A stretch of 64,000 nucleotides of DNA from Balanoglossus misakiensis (Eukaryota > Animalia > Hemichordata). The position numbers and the translations under genes were made by a program. The stretch covers positions 16,375,903 to 16,439,902 of the forward strand of contig CM082577.2 in the NCBI GenBank assembly GCA_040954595.2, in the 5' to 3' direction. The notes beneath the pieces were generated by a model, which saw only the letters and a program-made list of their open reading frames with translations, searched no databases and was not told where the DNA came from. Of this stretch, positions 41,032-54,900 are shown piece by piece (the stretch's first letter is position 1; the number at the start of each line of letters is the position of its first letter).

Positions 41032-42943
41032 TTAATATTGCTGGCCTCTACTAATATTACATTGTATTGGAAACCTTGTGTATATGTACTATTATGTAGT
41101 TGAAGTAGATATGCAAACCGGTGATTGTGTTAAACATTCTGATGTTTTGTAAATGTCACAAGGACAAAACGCATAATTTTGAAACCCCCGGCCTGAACTA
41201 ATTTGCATACCAAAGTTCACCAAAGGGAATCCTCCTGAATGCGCATATTTGTACAAAACTGCCTCCGTATATTCTTGCCTTTTGCTCGTTTCATGGAATA
41301 AATCACAGGAATTTAGTCGTTAGACATTCATGGTCTTGTTCGACAAAGAAGTATTTTCAGTGTTTGTTACAAATAACTTGAGAAATTACATTGCTTACTG
41401 GAACTTTGCATGAGATGTTACCACTCTGTATTGAGCCGAAAGTATTAATGATGGCCCCTCTTGAAGATTTGCCTGTTGTAGTGCTTATACATGTATGTTG
41501 TTTTGTAAAAAGAGTCTGTTGTTTTGTGTTTTAAAGTACATGTACAGCACTTTACCTGAGAATATTTAATTTTATTGAAAATGTTGTGTTGTGTTTGTCG
41601 TTTCTTGTAAATGCTTGCCTTTCTCAAAAGTACCATTTTTTTGTGTGATGTAATTTTTCAACTGAGGTGTTCACATGTTACAACATGTGGATGTTGTTGC
41701 CAACGCTATACAGCAATGCAATATAAGTATTAGGGATATTTTATGCAGTATTAACAATGTGGATACTATATCACACTATTATAGTAATATCAGATTTTAG
41801 TAATGAATAGCGTATTTCATGATGAACAAATGTTACCAGACACAGAGCAAGAATATCACAGGGAACTCAAAAAATCTTGTTGTAATTGTTTGTTGTTAGC
41901 AAAATAAATTCAAGAAAATTAATTTGTTGTTGTGTCAATCATGGTGATGATGATGATATAGGGGTTCAGACTGGACAGTTCATGGCAGAGTAGCACAGAT
42001 GCTGGGCCTGGGCTGGTGTAAAATAACCAATGTGGCCATGCTGTATCTGCCAAGAGCTGACTTAGTTTGTTCCTGATAGAAAAGGGGGGGGGGGGGGGGG
42101 GGGGGGGGGTTCAGGGCCAACATAAAATCAGGACTGACACAAATTCATGTGTGTGGACGCATTACGTCAGCCTAGTTGATACAGTCATATGCTCATATGA
42201 ACACAGTGTGTAAAATGGCAGTGTGTGGGTACGTCAGAGACAAAATCAAAGTCGGCCCCAATTCAGTTACCAGTGAAGTGCGGATGCAGCCCAAGTTTGT
42301 TTTCCAAAGTAGTTTATACTTTATGTCGCCCTAAATTTCAGTCCAATTGACTCATGTGAACAAATTGATAATGATGTTGTTACAAATACCTTTACTATCT
42401 TTGGAATTCAGGTGCTAGAAATGGATCAAGTTTAGGTTTGTTTTTTTCCATATGTCCTGTACGTTGTATTTTGTATGCATAGATGGCTAGAACAGGGTGG
42501 AGAATAGGCACTGATTTTAAAAGTGGGCCATATTTCTGAGGAAGGCCACAGATCACCCTAAACCTACCCCCCCCCCCCCTCCACATCTGCAATAAGTGCT
42601 TGTTGTTCATGCCAGTTCACAATACATGCAAATACCGCAGCATGTGTTCTGTTGCGGAATAGATGTCAAAACATAGGTCAAAGGTCGCCCTTAAATTGGA
42701 TTTCAAATATTGGTTTCTTCCTGAACCACAGATCAAAGACCTCAGCCTGTTTCTTTTGGGGGATACCTTACATACATTGTTAATAAACTTCATATAGAAA
42801 TTGATCCACATGTTCAAATTAATTACCATCATATCACCATGAAGCCGATATGTAACATCACATCTTGGTTGTTCTTCTGAAAAGTTCAGTATTAAAAAAG
42901 TAAATTTGGCAACCCCCTTTTGTCAAATATTGATGTAAATTGT

Positions 42944-43257
42944 TTAAGCAATAAAACACCCCCAGCCATGGTATACCACGAGATTTTGACCAGTTCACGA
43001 CATATACGCACGAGCGATAGCGAGTGCATATATGGAGTTGAACTGGTCAAAATCGAGTGGTATACCATAGCTGGGGGTGTTTTATTGCTATTATATTATG
43101 CCAGTATATGGAAACTTTGCATAAAACATTTTAAAAAGGCATTTTCTTTGACTATGATATATGACTGTGGTATATGGCTAATATATCACGGTCACGTGTC
43201 GTGTCTCGACCAATCAAATAGCGTGATTTACACCATCAATATACTGGTATAATATAA
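42944..43257. mobile_element. Hairpin plus inverted-repeat non-autonomous element
   Basis: Palindrome agcaataaaacacccccagc...cgagcgatagcgag...gctgggggtgttttattgct, then a segment bounded by tattatgccagtat / atactggtataata. Confidence 0.7.
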
Positions 43258-45945
43258 TACATAATAGAACATGTAATTCTATGAATGTTCAACTGTTTCA
43301 AAAGTCTTCATGTGAACAGAACTAGAACAAGGTCTGTAGGTAGAAAGTCAACTGCTTGTGATAAAAGCCATTCGGGTCAACGAGGCACATGAAAACACCC
43401 AAGATACATGTGTGTATACGTATACCATGTGTAATTTTATTAGATACAAATAACATACACATTTCAAATAATATACAATGCATGAACTGTGGTTTTCCTC
43501 ATCTTGGTTCAATACTGATCACAACTGGAGTGTGATCAAATTCAAATCCACAACAATGATGGCACTTCAGGAAGAATGATTGAATGAATGCTGCTAAAAC
43601 ATCTTAATATTAATGCACAGACTCTGAAGTTGTAGTCTTTTCTATTTTGGTTGCTTTTACTGCAGATTAATGCACAAATAATTTCATCAGGTGTACACCT
43701 AAAAACAATGACAGGTTAACACCTCTGCTCTGTCGGTTATCACATCAAAATTTCGCAAGTGTATCTGGGATTAAAATTCATTGTTTCAAGCATTTACAGC
43801 CTGTCCTCAGCATGTGCCACTGATATTGTACACAAGTTCGAAAGATTAAAGAAACTGTGCTTTTAACAAAAGCGAGTCACAAAGTCATCTTCACAGAGTT
43901 CGACATCATATAACAAACATTTCTGCAAACGTACGCATTCATACAATGGATGCTATCTAATGTTCTTTGGATTTTACATGTTCGGATTGATTTTCAATTT
44001 TAGAAAGTGGCGTGTTGCTGGCTTTAAATACCACAGAGAATTTTTTTTTTTTTTTTATGAAATTTAATCTTTAAAATTATCCACTTTATAATTATTTTGC
44101 CCACTTTTGGATTTTTTTCTGTTCACTTCTGTCGCAAGCCTAACAATATTAAGACTGTACAAATTTCAGAGTTAAAGAAAAAAGAAAGAGTTCAAACTAA
44201 ATCAGGCAAAATTATGATGACTGTATAATGACATGAATACATGTATTAAGTGCATCTATTGCACTGCTAATAATAATTTGTAAATTTATGAATCTGAATT
44301 GCAAATAATTATCCACAGGGGTTGTAGATGCACCACTACAACTATCAGACATCAATTTGTTATGTCACCAGTTGGAATATCATGGCAATCCACTACTCAC
44401 CATCCATACGAGCTCCCACCCCTTCCATCACAGTGGTTGGGCCTAACACAATTGTCCTCAGTGAGAAATGGAGGACAGGGGGGTGGGTGCATGCCCATTC
44501 AAATGAGTTCTTAGAGTGACCCAAAGTGACAACAGAAACACTTCAGTTTTGCACATTCAAGTATATTCACAATTCTGATAAATGTTGAAATTACCTGGCA
44601 TTTAACAATGGCGGCACAGCAAAAAAAAATTTCAAATGCCAAATATTCATAATTTTTGTCAAATGAAGAACATAAAGAGTATGGGCATCTGATTTATTTT
44701 TTATTACCGGTACTAGTTATTTTGAGGTTAATTTAGCACTTCACAAATAAAAGAAGAAATTTGATTGGTTGGGACTCACAATTAAGAACCAATCACTGGT
44801 CAACTAATGGAAGTTATGCTGGCTATGACATGATCACTGTCATAGGAGCTCAAAATTATGAACAGCAGACAATGAGACACAGAGATAAAGGCATGACTAC
44901 TTTCACACAAATTTGTCATTGGAAACCACTTTTGATGTCAGTTTCACACGCAGCATGCAAACGAATCCAGCAAAATGAAATTTGTACCGTCTTATTAATT
45001 GTCTGGGGTACTCTGAATCAGGCCCAAACTGTTTTATGTCCATCATCTCCTAGGTGACAAACAGGGGTCCACCTATCCTTTCTCGATATTCAAATGAAGT
45101 GTTTTCCAGTTCAGACAATCTAGCAACAACCAACATATTACGTAAAGGCAGAGAAGGTTTTACATCCCTGCAGACATCTGGTGTCTTTCAGTTGTTGAAA
45201 ATAAGACATTAACTCCAAAATGAACATGCCAAGGCAATTATCACACTCACAGTTAGTCTATAGTATTATAGGATTTAAAGTATTTCATTGTACAGAGACA
45301 TTCGGAAAGAGTAGACAAGACTGAATGAGATTAAGTCTATGTACATTGATCATTTAAATGTCATCAAATAACCTATTGAACATATTGAGAGTCTGACTTG
45401 TCATTTGTTGAACATAAAGGTAAGTTTTGGCTTTATTTTCAGTATTTTTTTCTGTGTACCAAAATGCAATTTCCTGTTCTACTCCAAACAACATGCTAAT
45501 ATACACAGTAATTGCTCTTGTTATTGTTGACAAATGAATTCTAGTCAGGACTTTAATTCAAATTTTGCACAAAAACAATGCTGACTATACACATACACAT
45601 GTATGGTGTGTTGCTAAGCTAAATGCTGGGCATTTCATCATGTTTCATGAATTTGAACAAGAAACTGCAGTAGGCACACAAAACAAAAATACTGAAAACA
45701 TAGCGAAAAGTTACAGCTAATTAATCTCTGTCCTAGAATGCCACTGCATGACTGGGGTTGATTGACGGACTTCTTAAACTCTTTTTTGCCAACCGCACGG
45801 CAAATGTCATGATTATTAAAGCGCTGCACAACACATGTAAATTGAGATTTATCATTTCTACACTTCCGATGAGGAGATAATGATCAGACTGGTTAACAAA
45901 GAAACATCATTTTATAAATATGTCCTGTTTGTGGTTGTGTTGGCT

Positions 45946-48900
45946 TCAATCAAATGAAATAAGTGCAGCCTCCTGCGAAGGCTGTGCTGGTTGCTGGGGT
46001 GGTGGTACCATTCCCGCTTGTACTGGCATCTGTTGCTGGTACATATTGCCTTGTGCCGCTTGGTTCATTGTGTAGTGTTGTTGTGGTTGTTGTTGCTGCT
46101 GTTGAGGGGGTTGGGGTGGTGGTGGTGGTGGTGGTGGTCCAGGCTGGGGTACCTGTGTCTGATTCTGCTGCGGCAGTGTGCTGGCCAGGCTCTGCATGCT
46201 ATACATGTTGGCCTGCTGGTAGTCCAGGGAGGTGGACTGGTAGTCCACTGAGGTGACCGGCTGGTTCAAGTGGTAGTCCAGAGACGGGGGTGCGCTGAGG
46301 CTAGAAGGCTGTTGTGGCTGTTGGTACTGGCCCCCCTGGGCAGGGTACTGCTGGCCTTGATTGAATGAGGAACTCTGCTGTTGGGCATACTGACTGGGTT
46401 GGCTGTACTGTGGACCTTGGTTGATTCCATTGACTTGTGCAGGTTGGGTGGGTATGGCTGCTTGTTCCATGTATGCACCGGGCCCAGGTTGCTGCTGTTG
46501 CTCCATCTTGAAAGTATGCACTGGAGAACTGTGCATGGAGTTAGGGGGAGATACATAGGCCTGCAAAATAATTGCATTACACATTATAATCAGTAAATAT
46601 AATGGATGGGGCATCTTTTGTGTAAGACAACTTTCATAATATATCTGGCATACTGGTCTATGATTATACAGGAAAGAATAATGTGTCCAAAACAACATTG
46701 TACATTTAACCCTTTCACGCCAATTCTATCTGTAGAGGTTCGACTTTACCACAGAAAACAATATAGTCTGGCCAAACCATGGTTGAGAAAGGGTTAGGGG
46801 GGCTTGCCCTGGCGTGCCCTTTCACGCCCTGGCGTGCCCTTTCACGCCGGGATGCGCCGATGAATATTCATATCGTATGCACGCATATTCATGAGCACTT
46901 TGCATATTCATGAGCTCCAGTACGTCTTGAACGACGCGTGGGCCCAGAACGCACGCCTGGGCGGGGCCATTGTATCGAAACAAGTTTTCAAATGTTGCGC
47001 AGCAACAGGATTCCTTTAGGACAATTAGTTATGTTTGATTTGCAGTATTGGAACATTTTTGGACACATTGTTACAGTTGAAAGATGCCCAACATTGCAAC
47101 ATGTATCAAATGTTGACAGACGACAGCAATCACCAGCCCAAGGCCATGACGTGACCTTTCCATCAGTGAGTTCAGTTGGCAAAGCTGTAACTGTCTGTCC
47201 GTTGTAGAAAAAAATGTAAAGTATTTAATGAAAACGTTATAAATAAAGTTATATAAAAACATATCAAAATCTTTCAAGACTGGAGGGAAAAATAATATCT
47301 TGGTATAAGCAACATAGTTCTACTGGTTGATGAAAGAAGAATATTAAACATGGCCGGACCGTATGCAAGGTCAGTGGAAAGAAATTATCAAGCGTATTTT
47401 CTTAATCATCCATTAATTGTTTTGGTTGCGAATGTATGGGTTGATTATTAGGCCTGTTGGTTGCAAATTCACATGAAAAGTTTTAACAGTTAATGACCAA
47501 ATTATTGTCTAATCAATGTGCAAGAACTAAAAAGTTGACAAGTATATACTATGAGCGACATGACAGCACGCTCACTGAACTATCGACAAAATATACTGAC
47601 GTATAGTGGCCTGGCCCAAGTGCAGTGGGTGGCTTCGTCATGCATGCGGTGAACGTCGAGCTCAATACACGTATTGCTATAATAACCTCGCGTGTGTCCC
47701 CTCTATTTTGAAATGGTTACATTAGAAATACTAGTGACCTTGAGCGTTGTGGGTTTTTTTTTCTCTTCGCGGTAACATGAACATCGGACCAGGATAGCAG
47801 AGGGGGATCGGACCATTTGCAGGAAGCCCGGTGGGAGAAAGTATTTCATATGCAAATATCGAGACGACTTCACAAGCGTCAATATACATGATATACGCGT
47901 CAGTTTCTTCTATGGCAACAATGGCGTCACACAGTTTCATAGTCACTCCGAGCACTTCGGAGAGTATGGAGAGTACTTTCTCCATCGGCCCGTTTCAGGG
48001 CCCTGAATGTCGCTCGAAGTGTTCACCCGAGTTTTTTGGTACAGCTGATCGTGAAGCAAACGTGGTGGCAAGCGTGATGGTGCTGGATGACCGAAAATTT
48101 CAACTCTCTTTCCAACCGCTATGGAAACCGCCACTACGTTCATCAAAAGCAACGGCTTTCAGGCACACCAGCGAAGAAGGGAAACAACAGGAAACTGTGG
48201 TGTTACCCTAAAACAGATACAGCAACAGCTTTAACAGAGTGACCCCAAACTGAAGGAGCACAGTGTGAGCCTCAACACTATATCAAGGTGGATGGTTGCC
48301 CCCAACAAGAGATTCAAGGCTGCTGCAAATTACAGCGGAGAAATCGACGCCAAGATAGCGACGACCACAAACAATGCTAGAAAAACTGACGAGAACTCAC
48401 ATTATTGTTTTGCACAGGTAAAATACGTCATGGAATTCCCGGCGAAATATTCCGACTCGACTGTCGCACTGTCGTGCGACAACATGAACAAGGTGAAAGT
48501 TGGAGTTCCAGCTGTTTCTCGCTACTTTCAAAACTCGCGCTACATCCCAACCAACGATAGACCTAATCTTCCGGATCACGACTTCCCGAATCCAGGCTAC
48601 TTGATTACACCTGCTGGGTACAGGGTCCTTGAAAGACGCGACCCAGACATGTGCACCGATGACCGGGGACGACAGCACTATGTTTACGGCAGAAGCGGAC
48701 CATGGTCAACAGAGTGAACTCGTTCAGTCCATGCAGCATAACGGCCCACCTTTCTGACATGGCGAAAATCATCAGACATCAGTGGAAGCCAGTCGTGTGC
48801 GGGGTAATGGATGGCAGGTCTGATTTTAATGTCAACTTCGCATCTAACATTCATTTGGCGAGATCTCGACCTTGATGTCCTCATCCTGACGTCGTTTTGC

Positions 48901-51900
48901 CCTGGCTACAGTGCGTACAATATGGTAGAACGTGGGTGAGCAACCCTGTCGAAGAAACTGGCAGGGGTCATTTTACCCGACAAACTTGACGGCGAGGAGA
49001 CGTCCCCGTACGGCCAACGGTCACTGACTGACACGGAGAGAAAAGAGAAGGAATCAAAGGTGTGTATTCAACTCGATTTTTTATGTAACCCGTCAGTTGA
49101 AATAAGTATATGTTTTTCCCTGTGTATTTTTGCGGTATGATTTTGATTTTATGAAACGACAACAAAGTGCGAAAGTATACTCGTACGCATCACGCGTACA
49201 CGTTCCCGGTTCAGTAGGGATATCTGATTTTTTTATACGGAAAATGTTGTTATTGTCAGAACAGGTGTGGTTTTGTTGGATTTCTTTAGCGTTTTCGAAG
49301 CGTTTAAAAATTACGTTTTTTTTTCTTCCTACAGAGTTTCATTATTGTTTTTGTCTCTATGACTAATGCATTGTTTCTCTTTCGGTCATCGTAGGTGTTC
49401 GACAATGCGATGCAAATCCTCTGCAGACACTGGGATAACGTCGATCACCATGGCCATCCAGTGACCACGTCGTTTGAACCGTGTATGGGAGAAGTGGAAA
49501 GGCTGTACTCTGACTACAACAGAGTGCACCGTATCGTGCAAAAGGCCAGTGGCAAAGAATTCAATCGTCCAGAAAACACAGACGTCAAGAGGGAGATGGA
49601 AATCGCTTTGAAACATCTCGAGAAAAAAATCGGAACTGTAATTTTCTGTAAGTGTGCGGACGACGAGTGTGAACACTGCAGTAGAAATCCGGTCAGAGCA
49701 ATAGATGCAGTACGATTTGTACATTCGGGGCTTCCAGCACTGGTGCCAAGTCCTCAACACAAAGACCACTTTGCCACGTTTATGGAAGCAAGTGAATTAC
49801 CGCGTCCGTCACCACCTACCCTGCATATGCCCAAGTACAGAAATGCTGATCTAGGCGTCTGCAGACACTGCCCATTGTATACTTTTACATCGATGACAGA
49901 GAAAACCAGACATTATCGACTTTATCATTCAAACATGTAATTAATCATGTTAATCGTATGCTGTACAGCATGTAGTGGCGTACTTGCATAGATTTGCTCA
50001 AGTCTATGGGATTCAATATGATTTTCATAATAAATACATTTCAGAGATATTTTGTTCCAAGTCTCTCTATACAGCGTGTGTGCAGTGAACACGTAGCGAG
50101 TGTGAGCGCGCAAGTCGTGGGATCGCGTTGGCCCATAGTCGCTTGGTGAACAGTAACCGAAACCATCAGCACAGCCTCGAATATTTATAATATAAAGACA
50201 AAACATCACCATGCAAGCGTTTAGTGGATTAGTCTAGTACTTGCGGTCATCGGTGACCTGGCCCTCAAACTGGACACGTCAGCTTTAAAATTTATACATG
50301 TTAATATTAACCCTAAACCCATTAGCCATAACCAAGCAAGTTGGGCTACCACGGTTAATTTGTTATTATCGTCGCACCTATTTGCTTTTTTAATTTCAAT
50401 GAATTGACATGTGGGCAAGGCCTACAGCGAATCGGTGTAAATAGCACCGGTGGTAATGTGGATTTTTATATGTTCTTGTCTACGGATACGCAGGGGCGAT
50501 TCAGCCATATTTGTGATATTTGCATATTTTAGGCAATGACAAGTTCATTTGAACAAACTCCCATCTACAGCCCTGCCTGCATCTGCACACCAAATATCAA
50601 GGTGATACACGCAGCGGTTTACAAGTTTTTGATGTGGACGGACATACAGACTATACATCCATCCATCCATCCATCCATACATACATACAGACGCAACTGA
50701 TCCCATAAGGTCCCATGGTATATACCAACGCGACCTAAAAACTATTCGTACTCGTTTTCTCAAACCATTTTCAATGTCCTGTCAAACCCAAACACTCAGC
50801 ATTAGACGTCTTGTATCTCTTCTGCCACAAATGGCGACACTTGCCATTTATGGCATCGGCTAGGCGCTCCTGATCGTACTGCGTCTGGAGAAACTCCGGG
50901 AATTGTAGTGCAGCTTGGTCCGTTATGGCCGCCATTCTTCTTTCATCCAACTTCAGCTTATGTACCACCACAACTTTGTCTTGGGCTTTGCACTTGACGG
51001 CCCCCCCCCCCCCCCCCCAGACAAGTTCGAGTCACTAAGTTCATCCTTGGTGAAAACTTGGTCCATGAGCCTCAGAACTAGCTTCTTCCCGTCAACTGAC
51101 CCCTTGCAACATCTTTCGTAGGCTGTCTTTGTGATAACCACGTCACTGTCTTGGCGACCTAGTACGATGTCTTCGCCCCTGACAGCAGCGTACACTGGAA
51201 CAACCCTTGGTCTGAATAGACAGCGTGACGCAATATTCGCTGCCAGTGCATGTGCACCTTGAGGTTCTGGCATCTCCCTCCCTGCTCTGGTTCTGACTTG
51301 GGGATTTGAATGTTCGAAATCCTCCTGCATCCTGGCCAGTATTTTCATAATTTCAAATACTGCTTCGCCTGAACATGGGCATTTCTTCGGCGACAGATAG
51401 GCGGAAAGGTCTGGGATCTCCATAAAGGACGGTAGATCCCATTCCGCGCTGTCAGCGGACGTCGGAGAACTGCTGGTTCGAGCGGCGGCGAGTGGCGTTG
51501 ACTCAATGCTGCAGTCCGTGTGTACATTGACGGCAGGGTCTGGATGCGTGGTGTCTGTCTGTCAGTAGTTTCGGTGGCAGCAATGTTTGGACGTGTGTGC
51601 AAGGTTGAGTCAGCAAGGATCGATTCTGTTCTGGCCTTGGTTGGTGTTGTGGTTTTCGACTATGGCGTGACTGGTACATTGCTGTCTGTGGTGCGTCGCT
51701 TATTGTAGTGCAGGAGCTAACCCCCAAATTTTGGCATAATTGTGCACTTTGGGTTACTAGCATGAAACTTGGTACACTTATGCATTGACCCATGGCGGAC
51801 ATTTTCTGGTATGGATCCAAATGACAGCGCCCTCTAGTGGCCAGAAACAGAAGTTCATACTTTTAAATCATGCACTTCGGGTTAAAAGCGTGAAATTTGG

Positions 51901-54900
51901 TACAATTATTCATTTTCCAATATGGATCCCAAAAGACAAAGTTGGACGCATTTCGGTAAACTTCTTAAAAGCTGCAACCGGACACCGTTCTGGGTTTGAT
52001 TTATTTTCGTACATTCTGGGCTTTATTTTTCTCGTGTTTCGTGGATTTTCTCCTTGTCTTGTTTTTGTCTGTCTCTCGATGTTGTATTCGATATATTTCA
52101 CGATATCGCCATCGATGCACGGCGAGGCGTATGGTGAACTTGTTGAACGTAACTCTGTTCCTAAGCAACGTACGACCACAACGCAAAGGACGCAGGCAAT
52201 GCAGTCAGTGTTGCAATTTGTCCGCTACACAATGCATAACGGCGTAACACACAGACCTGTACGCAGAGCTAAAATGCACTCAGCTCAGAACGCTACCGCG
52301 CTGGAGAATAATTCAATTGGAACGACCACAATTTATTTCTGAACCAGCCCTTTTCGTTTTCTTTCTCGTTTTCAATAGGAACGCGTTGTGACACTTCCAC
52401 GGCTGCTCACCCAAGGCTCTTTCACTCAAATGACCTTGGCGTGTTTTCAAATTTGATATAGGCGCAAATTTGATATAGACTGGCAGGGACACATAAAATC
52501 AAATATTGCAAGGTGTTCCAGAACACATCTACATACAAATATGTTCTCATATCACAGGCACTGCAACTTTATTCACAAAACAACCTCAACATCCACATCC
52601 ATTCATCGCACCATGGTTCACTCTGAATTCTTTGAACTTTCACCCGGCCATGTCGTCGCTTGACAGCGTCAGGTTTGCAACACATTGTTGCCACGTTTAC
52701 GCATTGACAAGGTAATCAAAGAACAGGTGTTTTGTTTACTCGGCATATCACTAACGCTGGGGAGGTCTGCCTGCGCCGATTGCGTCACCCAGCACGCTTC
52801 CTGTAACTAATTACTATTCATGAGCTTAATAAGCTCATTAGAGGGGCGTCTGCCGGCGTGAAAGGGCACTTCAGGGCGTGCCCCCCCGTTTGATTTTGAC
52901 AAGACCTCTTAAATGATAGCAACAAAACTGAGGTAATTGTCTTCCAATTGTTTTTGAAGCATTTCTCATGAAAGTGAGTGAAATGAACCAGTGATCAGAA
53001 ATTCTACACTTTCAGGTTATACAAACGGAATTTAGCAACTTCAAAATCCAACAGGTTACAGGAATTGCCCTAGCAAGTGCTTGAGGTCTGTCACATGCAC
53101 GGCAACCTGGGAAGCCCTCAATGTAAAAATGCCAGTCCTTCTTGAAAACAGGCAGTGTACGAAGCAACATATGGAATTACTCTGACCCCTTAATCAGTTT
53201 CAATATTAAACAAGTCTGAGTAACCAAACTCCAGGTCATGTGATTGTGAACACCCCTTCAGTTTCAAAAAAGAATTTTCACTAATAAAAAACTGTTATAG
53301 CTTATTCTACGGTAAACCTGGCAGTTAAAGGTATATGGTCACATATGGAAAATTAGCTATAGTTACCATGGCAAACTTGAGATATAGCCAATCACAGATT
53401 TTCAGTGGGTGGCGCACACGCGAAAAAAGAGCGCCACCATATGTTCTTTAGAACGCTCAAATACGCTTTTTCAGCCAAATATGGGAGTATGTAAATTGGA
53501 AGTGACTGTATATACCTTTAAATCCAACGATAGGAAATGTGAGCTAAAGCTTACCTGTTGCTGAGGGGGTGCAGTATATTGTTGGTTTGGAACACCCTGT
53601 GGTGCATAGTGCATTGTGTACTGCATGGGTCTCATCTGTTGTTGGTGTTTGTGTTGTTCCAATCTCATCTGCATTTCACGTTCTTGTTCTTGAAGTCTTT
53701 GCAGAGCCAGTTGACGTTGATAGGCCAAATATTCCTAGTGGCAGACACAAGACAGATACTTTGTGATGTCAAAGTTGATTCCTGACACCTGTGACAGGTG
53801 GGATTTGTTTCCATGGCATATATAACAATTTATAATACATGTATTTCGTACAAAATTCTATTATTTGCTATGCAAATTCCTTACATACAGTGAAGGCACA
53901 ATGATAACCATTGCTATTTTTTTCAAAGAACTCAACTCATGCAATAATGAGCTACAGAATCTAAAGTGAAACACTCCAACCTAACAAATTTGTATTTCTA
54001 ACACTTTGTCATAAATTTTGTGTCATAGAGAGACAACCCTCGTTTTCAATATCATTTACTATTTATTGAAACTTCAATAACAATTTCCTAACCACATTTG
54101 GTTTAGCACTGTTGTTTTCAATGGTGTTACTAAAATAGAGTGGTACATGGGTAGAAGCAACTAACCTGTTTCTTTTGTCTCATAATCTCTAGTTTCTGTG
54201 CAATTTGTATTTGTCGAATTCGTTCAGCTTCCTCTGCTTCTCGCCTCAGTTTCTCCCGATGATCTTCTCGGAGTGCGTCTAATGCCTCTCTAGCATCTCT
54301 CAGCTGTGCTAGCTTATCTTGCAAAGATTCCATGCTGTCTGAGGTTGAAAGTCACAAAATAAAATAGAAATCAGTCATTTGACAAAGGGAATTCTACATT
54401 TGCCAGCAAAGAAGATGAAACTGCATATACCTGATTGAGTCTCAAAAGCAAAACAAACCCCTTCCAGTACACAGCATTCTGTGTTATTCTTTAGCTCTAT
54501 TTCTGTACACATCTGTCAGCACAGAAATAGCAACTCACTGTCTTGTATGTGCACATACTGTTAGTAGACCTCTTCATTTGCCAACTGATACAAAGGATAC
54601 CCCTCCCCCCCCCCCACCCAAGTAGCGTCAGGGTTTTAAAGTCACATCTATAAGTACCAGAGTTATGGACTTACTTCTTTTGTCTTCCAACTCATCAATG
54701 ATCTTCATCAGTTGTGGATTCATCGTAGTGATGGTTTGGAATAGACCTTGCACTGAGGTGTCGTTCGCTATGCTACGACCGCGTTGGGAGTCACTCTTCA
54801 TCCTGTTCACAAACACATCAATGTTGGTTGATAGCACCTGCTGAAAATGCTCATTATCATCGCTATCATTCTGGTATTGCTGGAAAGAAAATGAGAAAAC

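Larger units (their letters stand above)
46797..52887 (+). mobile_element. About 6.1 kb Zator-like DNA transposon in the last HGS intron
   Basis: Imperfect TIRs: left GGGGGGCTTGCCCTGGCGTGCCCTTTCACGCC versus reverse complement of right end GGGGGGGCACGCCCTGAAGTGCCCTTTCACGCC. Subterminal TATTCATGAGC motifs at both ends. Left flank TTA, right flank GTT, so no clean TSD. Internal transposase remnants. Confidence 0.85.

Noticed and set aside
45946-46698. 250-aa Q/P-rich ORF as a standalone gene
   Set aside because: It is the last HGS exon (acceptor at 46561, ends LISFD). The first ~46 codons are intron read-through.
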